Source of the DNA: a virus
Lineage: Duplodnaviria > Heunggongvirae > Uroviricota > Caudoviricetes
Strand: one strand, 5' to 3'
IMG/VR virus record: IMGVR_UViG_2617270959_000004
DNA: 19,373 bases
The number at the start of each line of letters is the position of its first letter. Position 1 is the stretch's first letter. Shown piece after piece: positions 8,402-18,300 of the stretch. A program made the translations under genes and the position numbers. A model generated the notes under the pieces. That model had not been told where the DNA came from. It saw nothing but the letters and a program-made list of their open reading frames with translations, and did no database searches.

Positions 8402-9145
8402 ATGACCACACCAAATCCACTGGCAAAGACGAAAGGTGCGGGGACGACGTTCTGGATGTATACCGGCAACGGCGATGCGTTTGCGAACCCTTTGTCGGAC
8501 ACTGACTGGCTGCGTCTTGCGATGGTGAAGGATCTGCAACCTGGCGAAATGACCGCTGATGCAGAAGATGACACTTATCTCGATGATGAAGATGCAGACT
8601 GGAAAACGACAACCCAGGGGCAGAAATCCGTTGGTGATACTTCGGCGACGCTGGCCTGGCGTCCGGGTGACAGCGGGCAGAAAAAACTGGTTCAGTTGTT
8701 CGACTCCGGTGAAGTCTGCGCGTTTCGTATCAAATATCCCAACGGCACTGTTGATGTTTTCCGTGGCTGGCTGAGCTCACTGGGTAAAACCATTGCCTCA
8801 AAAGACGTGATGACCCGCACTGTGAAAATCAGCGGTGTGGGGCGTCCGTATCTGGCAGAGGAAGGCACTGAAACCGTGAGCGTTACCGGGCTGACAGTAT
8901 CACCGGCGTCTGCCAGTGTAAAAGTGGGAGCAACCACCACGCTGACCTTTACAGTAAAACCTGACGGAGCCAGTGACAAAGCGATCAGTGTGCATTCGTC
9001 AGATCCACAGACTGCCACGGTTACCCTGAACGGACTTGTGGCCACGGTAAAAGGCGTGAAGCAGGGCAGTGTCAGCATTGTGGGCATGACCGCTGACGGG
9101 AATTTTGTGGCTGTGACTGCGGTGACTGTCAGCGCAGCAGGTTAA
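8402..9145 (+). CDS. V: Major tail protein V with C-terminal Ig-like domain
   Basis: AGGAGG 6 nt upstream; translation closely matches remembered lambda gpV (VKGAGTT, YLDDEDADW, NGTVDVFRGW...). Confidence 0.92.
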   Translation: MTTPNPLAKTKGAGTTFWMYTGNGDAFANPLSDTDWLRLAMVKDLQPGEMTADAEDDTYLDDEDADWKTTTQGQKSVGDTSATLAWRPGDSGQKKLVQLFDSGEVCAFRIKYPNGTVDVFRGWLSSLGKTIASKDVMTRTVKISGVGRPYLAEEGTETVSVTGLTVSPASASVKVGATTTLTFTVKPDGASDKAISVHSSDPQTATVTLNGLVATVKGVKQGSVSIVGMTADGNFVAVTAVTVSAAG

Positions 9146-9165
9146 CAGGACGATACTCATCATTT

Positions 9166-9189
9166 GCCCCGGTTATGCGGGGCTTTTTT
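9166..9189 (+). terminator. Candidate intrinsic terminator/attenuator between V and G
   Basis: GCCCCG-GUUAUG-CGGGGC hairpin followed by six T, 21 nt after the V stop. Confidence 0.55.
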
Positions 9190-9205
9190 GCAGGTGGAGA
9201 ACATG

Positions 9206-9592
9206 ATGTTTCTGAAACAGGACACGTTTAATTATGAAAAACAGTCCGTGGTGCTCAGTGAGCTGTCCGGGCTGCAGAGAATTGAATATCTGACGTTTGT
9301 TCAGCAGCGAACGGCAAAGTTTTATGCCGTGGAGGGAGAACTGCCGGAGGCTGAACGACAGATTGCTTTTCTGCGGATGGGGATGGATATCAATGCCTGG
9401 CTGGTTTCCCGCTCACTGTGGAATGCGGATCAGTCTAAGGATGTAGAGACGCTTTGCGCATCCGTTATTACAACATGGTCGTATGATGCCCTGGGTGCGG
9501 GGGCGGAGATGGTTCTGTCGCTGAGCGGTATGGGGGCCATTGATAATGCCGTGGATGATGAGCATGAGGCGCTGACGCCGGAAAAGTCCTGA
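9206..9592 (+). CDS. G: Tail assembly chaperone G
   Basis: GGAG at 9196-9199; begins MFLK... like lambda gpG; 128 aa; stop TGA 9590-9592. Confidence 0.85.
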   Translation: MFLKQDTFNYEKQSVVLSELSGLQRIEYLTFVQQRTAKFYAVEGELPEAERQIAFLRMGMDINAWLVSRSLWNADQSKDVETLCASVITTWSYDALGAGAEMVLSLSGMGAIDNAVDDEHEALTPEKS

Positions 9593-9930
9593 CGCGGGAA
9601 ATGCAGTTTGTCATGCGGCTTGCCCGGGAGTTCCGGCGGGCAGACTGGCGGCGGATGCTGTCGGAAATGTCGGCCACTGAGCTTGGTGAGTGGGGCGATT
9701 ATTTCCGGATGCAGAGCTTCAGTGATGTGTGGATGGATGCGCAGTTTGCCTCGCTGAAGGCATTGATCGTGAGAATGGTGTCCGGCAGCAGTGATGCTGC
9801 GGTGGCTGATTTCAGCCTTTTACCGGAAGAGAACGGGATACCGGAGCGAACGGACGAAGAACTGATGCATCTTGGGGAAGGTATTTCCGGAGGTGTGCGT
9901 TATGGACCAGATAGCCAACCTGGTCATTGA
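9568..9930 (+). CDS. T: Tail assembly protein T reading frame, expressed as a G-T fusion by -1 frameshift
   Basis: The -1 frame is open only from 9568 (TGA at 9565-9567) and overlaps the last 22 nt of G; no independent SD; arrangement is that of lambda G/G-T. Confidence 0.7.
   Translation, partial: GADAGKVLTREMQFVMRLAREFRRADWRRMLSEMSATELGEWGDYFRMQSFSDVWMDAQFASLKALIVRMVSGSSDAAVADFSLLPEENGIPERTDEELMHLGEGISGGVRYGPDSQPGH
9580..9586 (+). other. Candidate -1 frameshift (slippery) heptamer G GAA AAG for G-T
   Basis: It is the only A-rich heptamer within the 22-nt G/T overlap; lambda uses G GGA AAG at the equivalent place. Confidence 0.5.
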
Positions 9931-12900
9931 TTTGGGGATTGATGCGGCAGAGTTTAAAAATGAAATTCCCCGTATCAAAAACCTTCTGAATGGTGCAGCC
10001 AGCGATGCAGAACGGTCTTCTGCCCGTATGCAGCGTTTTATGGAGCGTCAGACTCAGGCCGCCCGGCAGACAACGCAGGCAGCTTCTTCGGCTGCAACAG
10101 CCGCATCCGTCCATGCGCAGACGGTGGAGAAGAACGCACAGGCTCATGAACGCATGGCCCGCGAGGTGGAGAAAACCCGCCAGCGCATGGAGGCACTGAG
10201 CCAGAAAATGCGCGAGGAACAGGCGCAGGCCATCGCTCTGGCGGAGGCTCAGGATAAAGCGGCTGCTGCGTTTTATCGTCAGATTGACAGTGTGAAACAG
10301 GCCAGTGCGGGGCTGCAGGAATTACAGCGTATTCAGCAGCAGATCCGACAGGCCAGAAACAGTGGCGGGGTTGGTCAGCAGGATTATCTGGCGCTGATTT
10401 CTGAGGTTACGGCGAAAACCCGTGTTCTTACGCAGGCTGAGGCAGAGGCTACCCGACAGAAAGTGGCGTTTATCCGTCAGCTTAAAGAGCAGGCAACCCG
10501 CCAGAATCTTTCTTCTTCTGAGTTGCTTCGTGCCAGGGCTGCCCAGCTGGGGGTAAGCAGTGCTGCAGAAGTGTATATCCGCAAAATGGAGCGGGCAGGA
10601 AAAGCCACGCATTCGCTGGGTCTGAAAAGTGCAGCGGCCCGCCAGGAGATAGGCGTTCTGATAGGTGAACTGGCCCGCGGCAATTTAGGGGCGCTGAGGG
10701 GATCCGGGATAACGCTGGCTAACCGTGCCGGATGGATAGACACACTGATGTCACCGAAAGGCATGATGCTGGGCGGGGTTATTGGCGGTATTACCGCGGC
10801 CGTCTATGGTCTGGGTAAAGCCTGGTATGACGGTCAGAAGGAGGGGGAAGAATTTAACCGCCAGCTGTCGCTGACGGGGCATTATGCCGGAGTCACTGCC
10901 GGGCAGCTGTGGACGCTCAGTCGTGCTATTTCCGGGAATGGTATCACGCAACATGCTGCAGCCGGTGCGCTGGCTCAGGTGGTGGGGAGTGGTGCATTTC
11001 GTGGAAACGATATCGGTATGGTGGCGAGAGCTGCCGCACAGATGGAGCGATCGGTTGGCCAGTCGGTCAGCGATACCATAAATCAGTTTAAGCGGCTGAA
11101 GGATGATCCTGTAAATGCCGCGAAGTCTCTGGACAATGAGCTGCATTTTCTTACTGCCACTCAGCTTGAGCAGATACGCGTCCTTGGAGAGCAGGGGCGG
11201 TCCAGTGATGCGGCACGGATAGCCATGTCTGCACTGGCAGAGGAAACCGGTCGGCGTACTGCGGATATTGATAATAACCTCAATGCGCTGGGCAGTACGC
11301 TGCAAACTTTGTCTGACTGGTGGAAGCAGTTCTGGGATGCGGCCATGAATATTGGTCGTGAAGATTCGCTGGATGCGCAGATTGCCACTTTGCAGGAGAA
11401 AGTGTCGCGGGCGAAAAGACTCCCCTGGACGGCATCATCTTCTCAGGTTGAATACGATCAGCAGCGTCTTAACGATCTTCAGGAGAAAAAACGCCAGAAG
11501 GATTTGCAGGATGCAAAAGAGCAGGCAGAGCGGAATTATCAGGAGCAACAGAAACGCCGTAATGCTGAAAATGCTGCACTGAACCGGATGAATGAAACGG
11601 AAGCTGCACGACATCAGCGTGAAATTGCGCGTATTAATGCCATGCAGTACGCCGATCAGGCTGTCAGGGATGCGGCGATACAACGTGAAAATGAACGTTA
11701 CGAGAAAGCCCTGGCATCCGGTAAGAAAAAAACACGCGAAACCCGTAATGATGAGGCCACCCGGTTATTGCTGCAGTACAGTCAGCAACAGGCACAGGTG
11801 GAAGGACAGATTGCTGCTGCCAGACAGTCAGCAGGCATTGCCACGGAAAGGATGACAGAAGCGCATAAACAGCTCCTGGCTCTGCAGCAGCGCATCAGCG
11901 ACCTGGACGGGAAAAAACTGACGGCAGATGAAAAGAGTGTGCTGGCCCGTAAAGATGAACTGATTCAGGCACTGACGCTGCTGGATGTAAAACAGCAGGA
12001 GCTTCAGAAACAGACGGCACTCAACGAGCTGAAGAAAAAAACAATTCAGCTGACCAGTCAACTGGCTGAAGAAGAGCGCGCTCAGCGTCAGCAACATGAC
12101 CTGGATATCGCCACGGTGGGTATGGGTGATCAGCAGCGACAGCGATATCAGGTACAACTGAGTCTTCGCCAGAAATACCAGCAACAGCTGGAGCAGTTGA
12201 GGCGGGATAGTGAGCAGAAAGGGACATATAACACGGATGACTACAGAAAGGCCGAGCAGGCGCTGACGGAGAGCCTGAACCGACAACTGAATGAGAATCG
12301 CCGTTACTGGCAACAGCTTGAAGTTGTGCAGGGTAACTGGAAAAACGGAGTCCTGCGTGCATTTCAGGATTTTACCGTGGATGCAGATAATACGGCAGAA
12401 ACAGCAGAACAGGTGTTCTCGTCAGCCTTCAGCAACATGGGAAATGGCCTGGCAACTTTTGTCACTACCGGCAAACTCAATTTCAAATCCTTCACCTCTT
12501 CTGTGCTGTCAGATATGGCGAAAATCCTGGCGCAGGCAACCATGATGAAATCGATAAAAGGGATTGGCAGTGTACTGGGATTTGATCTCAGCAGCCTTTC
12601 CCTGAATGCCAATGGGGGGATTTATCAGTCTGCTGATTTGAGTCGTTACAGTGGCACGGTGGTTAACCGTCCGACGTTTTTTGCTTTTGCAAAAGGCGCG
12701 GGTGTGATGGGGGAAGCGGGACCTGAAGCCATTCTGCCATTGCGTCGTGGTGCTGACGGTAAGCTGGGGGTTGTGGCGGATATTGGGGGTTCAGGTATGG
12801 CGATGTTTTCCCCGCAGTACAACATCGAGATCAATAACGATGGCACGAACGGGCAGATAGGTCCGGCTGCCCTGAAGGCGGTTTATGACCTCGGGAAAAA

Positions 12901-12967
12901 AGCGGCAGCGGACTTTATGCAACAGCAGGCCCGTGATGGTGGTCGGTTAAGTGGAGCATATCGGTAA
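9902..12967 (+). CDS. H: Tail tape measure protein H (1021 aa)
   Basis: GGAGG at 9889-9893; long Ala/Gln/Arg-rich coiled-coil-like protein; C-terminal region resembles lambda gpH; located between G-T and M. Confidence 0.9.
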   Translation: MDQIANLVIDLGIDAAEFKNEIPRIKNLLNGAASDAERSSARMQRFMERQTQAARQTTQAASSAATAASVHAQTVEKNAQAHERMAREVEKTRQRMEALSQKMREEQAQAIALAEAQDKAAAAFYRQIDSVKQASAGLQELQRIQQQIRQARNSGGVGQQDYLALISEVTAKTRVLTQAEAEATRQKVAFIRQLKEQATRQNLSSSELLRARAAQLGVSSAAEVYIRKMERAGKATHSLGLKSAAARQEIGVLIGELARGNLGALRGSGITLANRAGWIDTLMSPKGMMLGGVIGGITAAVYGLGKAWYDGQKEGEEFNRQLSLTGHYAGVTAGQLWTLSRAISGNGITQHAAAGALAQVVGSGAFRGNDIGMVARAAAQMERSVGQSVSDTINQFKRLKDDPVNAAKSLDNELHFLTATQLEQIRVLGEQGRSSDAARIAMSALAEETGRRTADIDNNLNALGSTLQTLSDWWKQFWDAAMNIGREDSLDAQIATLQEKVSRAKRLPWTASSSQVEYDQQRLNDLQEKKRQKDLQDAKEQAERNYQEQQKRRNAENAALNRMNETEAARHQREIARINAMQYADQAVRDAAIQRENERYEKALASGKKKTRETRNDEATRLLLQYSQQQAQVEGQIAAARQSAGIATERMTEAHKQLLALQQRISDLDGKKLTADEKSVLARKDELIQALTLLDVKQQELQKQTALNELKKKTIQLTSQLAEEERAQRQQHDLDIATVGMGDQQRQRYQVQLSLRQKYQQQLEQLRRDSEQKGTYNTDDYRKAEQALTESLNRQLNENRRYWQQLEVVQGNWKNGVLRAFQDFTVDADNTAETAEQVFSSAFSNMGNGLATFVTTGKLNFKSFTSSVLSDMAKILAQATMMKSIKGIGSVLGFDLSSLSLNANGGIYQSADLSRYSGTVVNRPTFFAFAKGAGVMGEAGPEAILPLRRGADGKLGVVADIGGSGMAMFSPQYNIEINNDGTNGQIGPAALKAVYDLGKKAAADFMQQQARDGGRLSGAYR

Positions 12968-13296
12968 TGGAGACGTTTCACTGGAAAGTGCGCCCGGATA
13001 TGAATGTGGTATCAGAGCCGAAAGTGGTGACAGTGAAGCTGGGCGATGGTTATGAACAGCGTCGTGCGGCGGGACTGAATAACCAGTTGTCGACTTACAG
13101 CGTGACGATACGTGTTCGTAAATGTGAACACCCATCTTTAAAAGCCTTTCTGGAACGGCACGGTGGCGTCCGTGCATTTCAGTGGACGCCACCTTATGAC
13201 TGGAAACCGATCAGGGTGGTTTGTCGTAAATGGTCGGCAAGCGTGGGGGCGCTGTGGGTAACCATAACGGCAGATTTTGAACAGGTCGTGGCATAG
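12967..13296 (+). CDS. M: Minor tail protein M
   Basis: TAATG overlap with the H stop; translation aligns with remembered lambda gpM over its full length. Confidence 0.92.
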   Translation: METFHWKVRPDMNVVSEPKVVTVKLGDGYEQRRAAGLNNQLSTYSVTIRVRKCEHPSLKAFLERHGGVRAFQWTPPYDWKPIRVVCRKWSASVGALWVTITADFEQVVA

Positions 13297-13305
13297 GAGG
13301 CTCTG

Positions 13306-14004
13306 ATGCAGGATATTCCACAGGAAACACATCATGAGACGACACGCCTCACTCAGTCAGCCCAGGTGGTGCTCTGGGAAATCGATCTGACAGAGGTCGG
13401 TGGTGAACGTTATTTTTTCTGTAATGAGCAGAACGAAAAAGGTGAGCCGGTTACCTGGCAGGGGCGGCAGTATCAGGCATACCCCATTCAGGGGACGGGA
13501 TTTAAACTGAACGGCAAGGGCAGTGCTGCCCGTCCGACACTGACGGTTTCTAACCTGCACGGAATGGTCACCGGGATGGCGGAAGACCTGCAGAGTCTGG
13601 TCGGCGGAACGGTGGTCAGGCGTAAGGTTTACGCCCGTTTTCTGGATGCGGTGAACTTCGTCAACGGAAACAGTGACGCCGATCCGGAGCAGGAGGTGAT
13701 CAGCCGCTGGCGCATCGAGCAGTGCAGCGAACTGAGCGCGGTCAGTGCCTCTTTTGTACTGTCCACGCCGACGGAAACGGACGGTGCTGTTTTTCCGGGG
13801 CGCATCATGCTGGCTAATACCTGCACCTGGACCTATCGCGGTGATGAGTGCGGTTATCACGGTCCGGCGGTCGCGGATGAATATGACCAGCCGACGTCCG
13901 ATATCACGAAGGATAAATGCAGCAAATGCCTGAGTGGTTGTAAGTTTCGCAATAACGTCGGCAACTTTGGCGGCTTCCTTTCCATTAACAAACTTTCGCA
14001 GTGA
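13306..14004 (+). CDS. L: Minor tail protein L
   Basis: GGAGG upstream; translation is nearly identical to remembered lambda gpL. Confidence 0.95.
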   Translation: MQDIPQETHHETTRLTQSAQVVLWEIDLTEVGGERYFFCNEQNEKGEPVTWQGRQYQAYPIQGTGFKLNGKGSAARPTLTVSNLHGMVTGMAEDLQSLVGGTVVRRKVYARFLDAVNFVNGNSDADPEQEVISRWRIEQCSELSAVSASFVLSTPTETDGAVFPGRIMLANTCTWTYRGDECGYHGPAVADEYDQPTSDITKDKCSKCLSGCKFRNNVGNFGGFLSINKLSQ

Positions 14005-14009
14005 ATCCC

Positions 14010-14753
14010 ATGACAGAGACAGAATCAGCGATTCTGGCGCACGCCCGGCGATGTGCGCCAGCGGAGTCGTGCGGCTTCGTGGTGAGAACACCGGAGGGGG
14101 AAAGATATTTTCCCTGCGTGAATATCTCCGGTGAGCCGGAGGAGTATTTCCGGATGTCGCCGGAGGACTGGCTGCGGGCAGAGATGCAGGGTGAGATTGT
14201 GGCGCTGGTCCACAGCCACCCCGGTGGTATGCCCTGGCTGAGTGAGACCGACCGGCGGCTGCAGGTGCAGAGTGATTTGCCGTGGTGGCTGGTTTGCCGG
14301 GGAGCGATTCACAAGTTCCGCTGTGTGCCACATCTTTCCGGGCGGCGCTTTGAGCACGGGGTGACGGACTGTTACACGCTGTTCCGGGATGCTTACCATC
14401 TGGCGGGGATTGAGATGCCGGATTTTCATCGCGAGGATGACTGGTGGCGTAACGGTCAGAATCTCTATCTGGATAATCTGGAGGCCACAGGGCTGTATCA
14501 GGTGCCGTTGTCAGCGGCGCAGCCGGGCGATGTGCTGCTGTGCTGTTTTGGTTCATCGGTGCCGAATCATGCCGCCATTTACTGTGGTGACAGCGAGCTG
14601 CTGCACCATATTCCTGAACAACTGAGCAAACGAGAGAGGTACACCGACAAATGGCAGCGACGCACACACTCCCTCTGGCGTCACCGGGCATGGCACGCAT
14701 CTGCCTTTACGGGGATTTACAACGATTTGGCCGCCGCATCGACCTTCGAGTGA
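14010..14753 (+). CDS. K: Tail tip assembly protein K (MPN/JAMM + NlpC/P60 domains)
   Basis: JAMM motif HSHP at 14211-14222 with downstream S..D; NlpC/P60-type Cys at 14370-14372 and His further on; start could instead be GTG 14001; 3' end overlaps I by 103 nt. Confidence 0.88.
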   Translation: MTETESAILAHARRCAPAESCGFVVRTPEGERYFPCVNISGEPEEYFRMSPEDWLRAEMQGEIVALVHSHPGGMPWLSETDRRLQVQSDLPWWLVCRGAIHKFRCVPHLSGRRFEHGVTDCYTLFRDAYHLAGIEMPDFHREDDWWRNGQNLYLDNLEATGLYQVPLSAAQPGDVLLCCFGSSVPNHAAIYCGDSELLHHIPEQLSKRERYTDKWQRRTHSLWRHRAWHASAFTGIYNDLAAASTFE

Positions 14754-15298
14754 AAACGGGGTCCGAAGCCATCCGGGCGCTGGCCATGCAGATCCCGGCG
14801 TTTCGTCAGAAACTGAGCGACGGCTGGTACCAGGTACGCATTGCCGGGCGTGATGCCGGTGAAACCGAATTGTCTGCCCGTCTTAATGAGCCGCTGGCAA
14901 ATGGTGCCGTGATCCACATCGTGCCGCGTCTGGCGGGAGCTAAAAGTGGCGGTGTGTTTCAGGTGGTGCTGGGGGCGGCGCTGATTGCGGTGGCATGGTG
15001 GAACCCTGTGGGCTGGCTGGGAGCCGCGGCTGTATCGGGTATGTATGCGGCAGGGGCCAGTATGATCCTGGGCGGAGTGGCGCAGATGCTGGCACCGAAA
15101 GCCAGGACGCCCACGGCAGCAAGTACAGATAACGGCAAACAGAACACCTATTTCTCCTCACTGGATAACATGGTTGCCCAGGGCAATGTTCTGCCCGTTC
15201 TGTACGGTGAAATGCGCGTGGGGTCGCGGGTGGTCTCTCAGGAGATCAGCACGGCAGACGAAGGGGATGGTGGTCAGGTTGTGGTGATTGGTCGCTGA
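14651..15298 (+). CDS. I: Tail tip assembly protein I
   Basis: MAATHTLPLASPGMARICLYGDL... matches remembered lambda gpI; hydrophobic Gly/Ala-rich central segment. Confidence 0.9.
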   Translation: MAATHTLPLASPGMARICLYGDLQRFGRRIDLRVKTGSEAIRALAMQIPAFRQKLSDGWYQVRIAGRDAGETELSARLNEPLANGAVIHIVPRLAGAKSGGVFQVVLGAALIAVAWWNPVGWLGAAAVSGMYAAGASMILGGVAQMLAPKARTPTAASTDNGKQNTYFSSLDNMVAQGNVLPVLYGEMRVGSRVVSQEISTADEGDGGQVVVIGR

Positions 15299-15316
15299 TG
15301 AAAAACGTTTTATGTG

Positions 15317-15336
15317 AAACCGCCTCCGGGCGGTTT
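15317..15336 (+). promoter_or_regulatory. Stem-loop in the I-J intergenic region, terminator-like attenuator candidate
   Basis: AAACCGCC-UCCG-GGCGGUUU 8-bp stem followed by UGUCGUUU, 19 nt after the I stop and 23 nt before the J start. Confidence 0.3.
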
Positions 15337-15358
15337 TGTCGTTTATGGAGCGTTAGGA

Positions 15359-18300
15359 ATGGGTAAAGGCAGCAGTAAGGGGCATACTCCGCGCGAAGCG
15401 AAGGACAACCTGAAGTCCACGCAGTTGCTGAGTGTGATCGATGCCATCAGCGAAGGGCCGGTTGAAGGTCCGGTAGATGGATTAAAAAGCGTGCTGCTGA
15501 ACAGTACGCCAGTGCTGGACATTGAGGGGAATACCAACATCTCCGGCGTCACGGTGGTGTTCCGGGCCGGTGAGCAGGAGCAAACACCGCCGGAGGGATT
15601 TGAATCCTCCGGCTCCGAGACGGTGCTGGGTACGGAAGTGAAATACGACACGCCGATCACCCGGACCATCACGTCGGCAAACATTGACCGACTGCGTTTT
15701 ACCTTCGGCGTGCAGGCACTGGTGGAAACCACCTCAAAGGGGGACAGGAATCCGTCGGAAGTCCGCCTGCTGGTTCAGATACAACGTAACGGTGGCTGGG
15801 TGACGGAAAAAGACATCACCATTAAAGGCAAAACCACCTCACAGTATCTGGCCTCGGTGGTGGTGGGTAACCTGCCGCCGCGCCCGTTCAATATCCGGAT
15901 GCGCAGGATGACGCCGGACAGCACCACAGACCAACTGCAGAACAAAACGCTCTGGTCGTCATACACCGAAATCATCGATGTGAAACAGTGCTACCCGAAC
16001 ACGGCACTGGTTGGCGTGCAGGTGGACTCGGAGCAGTTCGGCAGCCAGCAGGTGAGCCGTAATTATCATCTTCGCGGGCGCATTCTGCAGGTGCCGTCGA
16101 ACTATAACCCGCAGACGCGGCAATACAGCGGTATCTGGGACGGAACGTTTAAGCCGGCATACAGCAACAACATGGCCTGGTGTCTGTGGGATATGCTGAC
16201 CCATCCGCGCTACGGCATGGGGAAACGTCTTGGTGCGGCAGATGTGGATAAATGGACGCTGTATGTCATCGGCCAGAATTGCGACCAGTCGGTGCCGGAC
16301 GGCTTTGGCGGCACGGAGCCGCGCATCACCTGTAATGCGTACCTGACCACGCAGCGTAAGGCGTGGGATGTGCTCAGTGATTTCTGCTCGGCGATGCGCT
16401 GTATGCCGGTATGGAACGGGCAGACGCTGACGTTCGTGCAGGACCGACCGTCGGATAAGGTGTGGACCTATAACCGCAGTAATGTGGTGATGCCGGATGA
16501 TGGCGCGCCGTTCCGCTACAGCTTCAGCGCCCTGAAGGACCGCCATAATGCCGTTGAGGTGAACTGGATTGACCCGGATAACGGCTGGGAAACGGCAACA
16601 GAGCTTGTGGAGGACACGCAGGCCATTGCCCGTTACGGTCGTAACGTCACGAAGATGGATGCTTTTGGCTGTACCAGCCGGGGGCAGGCACACCGCGCCG
16701 GGCTGTGGCTGATTAAAACGGAACTGCTGGAAACGCAGACCGTGGACTTCAGCGTGGGCGCAGAAGGGCTTCGCCATGTACCGGGCGATGTCATTGAAAT
16801 CTGTGATGATGACTATGCCGGTATCAGCATCGGTGGTCGCGTGCTGGCGGTGAACAGCCAGACCCGGACGCTGACGCTCGACCGTGAAATCACGCTGCCA
16901 TCCTCCGGTACCACGCTGATAAGCCTGGTTGACGGAAGTGGCAATCCGGTCAGCGTGGAGGTTCAGTCCGTCACCGACGGCGTGAAGGTAAAAGTGAGCC
17001 GTGTTCCTGACGGTGTTGCTGAATACAGCGTATGGGGGCTGAAGCTGCCGACGCTGCGCCAGCGTCTGTTCCGCTGTGTGAGTATCCGTGAGAACGATGA
17101 CGGTACGTATGCCATCACTGCCGTGCAGCATGTACCGGAGAAAGAAGCCATCGTGGATAACGGGGCGCACTTTGACGGTGACCAGAGCGGCACGGTGAAT
17201 GGTGTCACGCCGCCAGCAGTGCAGCACCTGACCGCAGAAGTCACTGCAGACAGCGGGGAATATCAGGTGCTGGCGCGATGGGACACACCGAAGGTGGTGA
17301 AGGGCGTGAGCTTCCTGCTTCGCCTGACCGTGGCAGCGGATGACGGCAGTGAGCGGCTGGTCAGCACGGCCCGGACGACGGAAACCACTTACCGCTTCAC
17401 ACAACTGGCTCTGGGGAACTACAGGCTGACAGTCCGGGCAGTAAATGCGTGGGGGCAGCAGGGCGATCCGGCGTCGGTATCGTTCCGGATTGCCGCACCG
17501 GCAGCGCCGTCGCGGATTGAGCTGACGCCGGGCTATTTTCAGATAACCGCCACGCCGCATCTTGCGGTTTATGATCCGACGGTACAGTTTGAGTTCTGGT
17601 TCTCGGAAAAACGGATTGCTGATATCAGGCAGGTTGAAACCAGCGCGCGTTATCTTGGTACGGCGCTGTACTGGATAGCCGCCAGTATCAATATCAAACC
17701 GGGTCGTGATTATTACTTTTATATCCGCAGTGTGAACACCGTCGGCAAATCGGCATTCGTGGAGGCTGTTGGTCGGGCGAGCGATGATGCGGAAGGTTAC
17801 CTGGATTTTTTCAAAGGCCAGATAACCGAATCCCATCTCGGCAAGGAGCTGCTGGAAAAAGTCGAGCTGACGGAGGATAACGCCAGCAGACTGGAGGAGT
17901 TTTCGAAAGAGTGGAAGGACGCCAGTGATAAGTGGAATGCCATGTGGGGCGTCAAAATTGAGCAGACCAAAGACGGCAAACATTATGTCGCGGGTATTGG
18001 CCTCAGTATGGAGGATACAGAGGAAGGCAAACTGAGTCAGTTTCTGGTTGCCGCCAATCGTATCGCGTTTATTGACCCGGCAAACGGGAATGAAACGCCG
18101 ATGTTTGTGGCGCAGGGCAACCAGATATTCATGAACGACGTGTTCCTGAAACGCCTGACGGCCCCCACCATTACCAGCGGCGGTAATCCTCCGGCATTTT
18201 CCCTGACACCGGACGGGCGGCTGACGGCGAAAAATGCCGATATCAGCGGTAACGTGAATGCGAACTCCGGGACGCTCAACAACGTCACGATTAACGAAAA

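Noticed and set aside
10751-12313. Several minus-strand ORFs of 160-185 aa inside the tape measure gene
   Set aside because: Typical antisense open frames of a repetitive Ala/Gln-rich gene; no start signals.
13357-14700. 447-aa minus-strand ORF spanning L and K
   Set aside because: Pro/Ala/Ser/Arg-rich low-complexity translation with no SD; it lies antisense to two strongly supported tail genes. Judged to be a chance open frame.
15959-17983. 674-aa ORF on the minus strand, entirely inside J
   Set aside because: It is codon-aligned antisense to J, so stops arise only where J uses the rare codons TTA, CTA or TCA. The translation is low-complexity (Arg/Pro/Ala/Gly-rich) with no start context. 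Most likely an antisense artefact of a long GC-rich gene.
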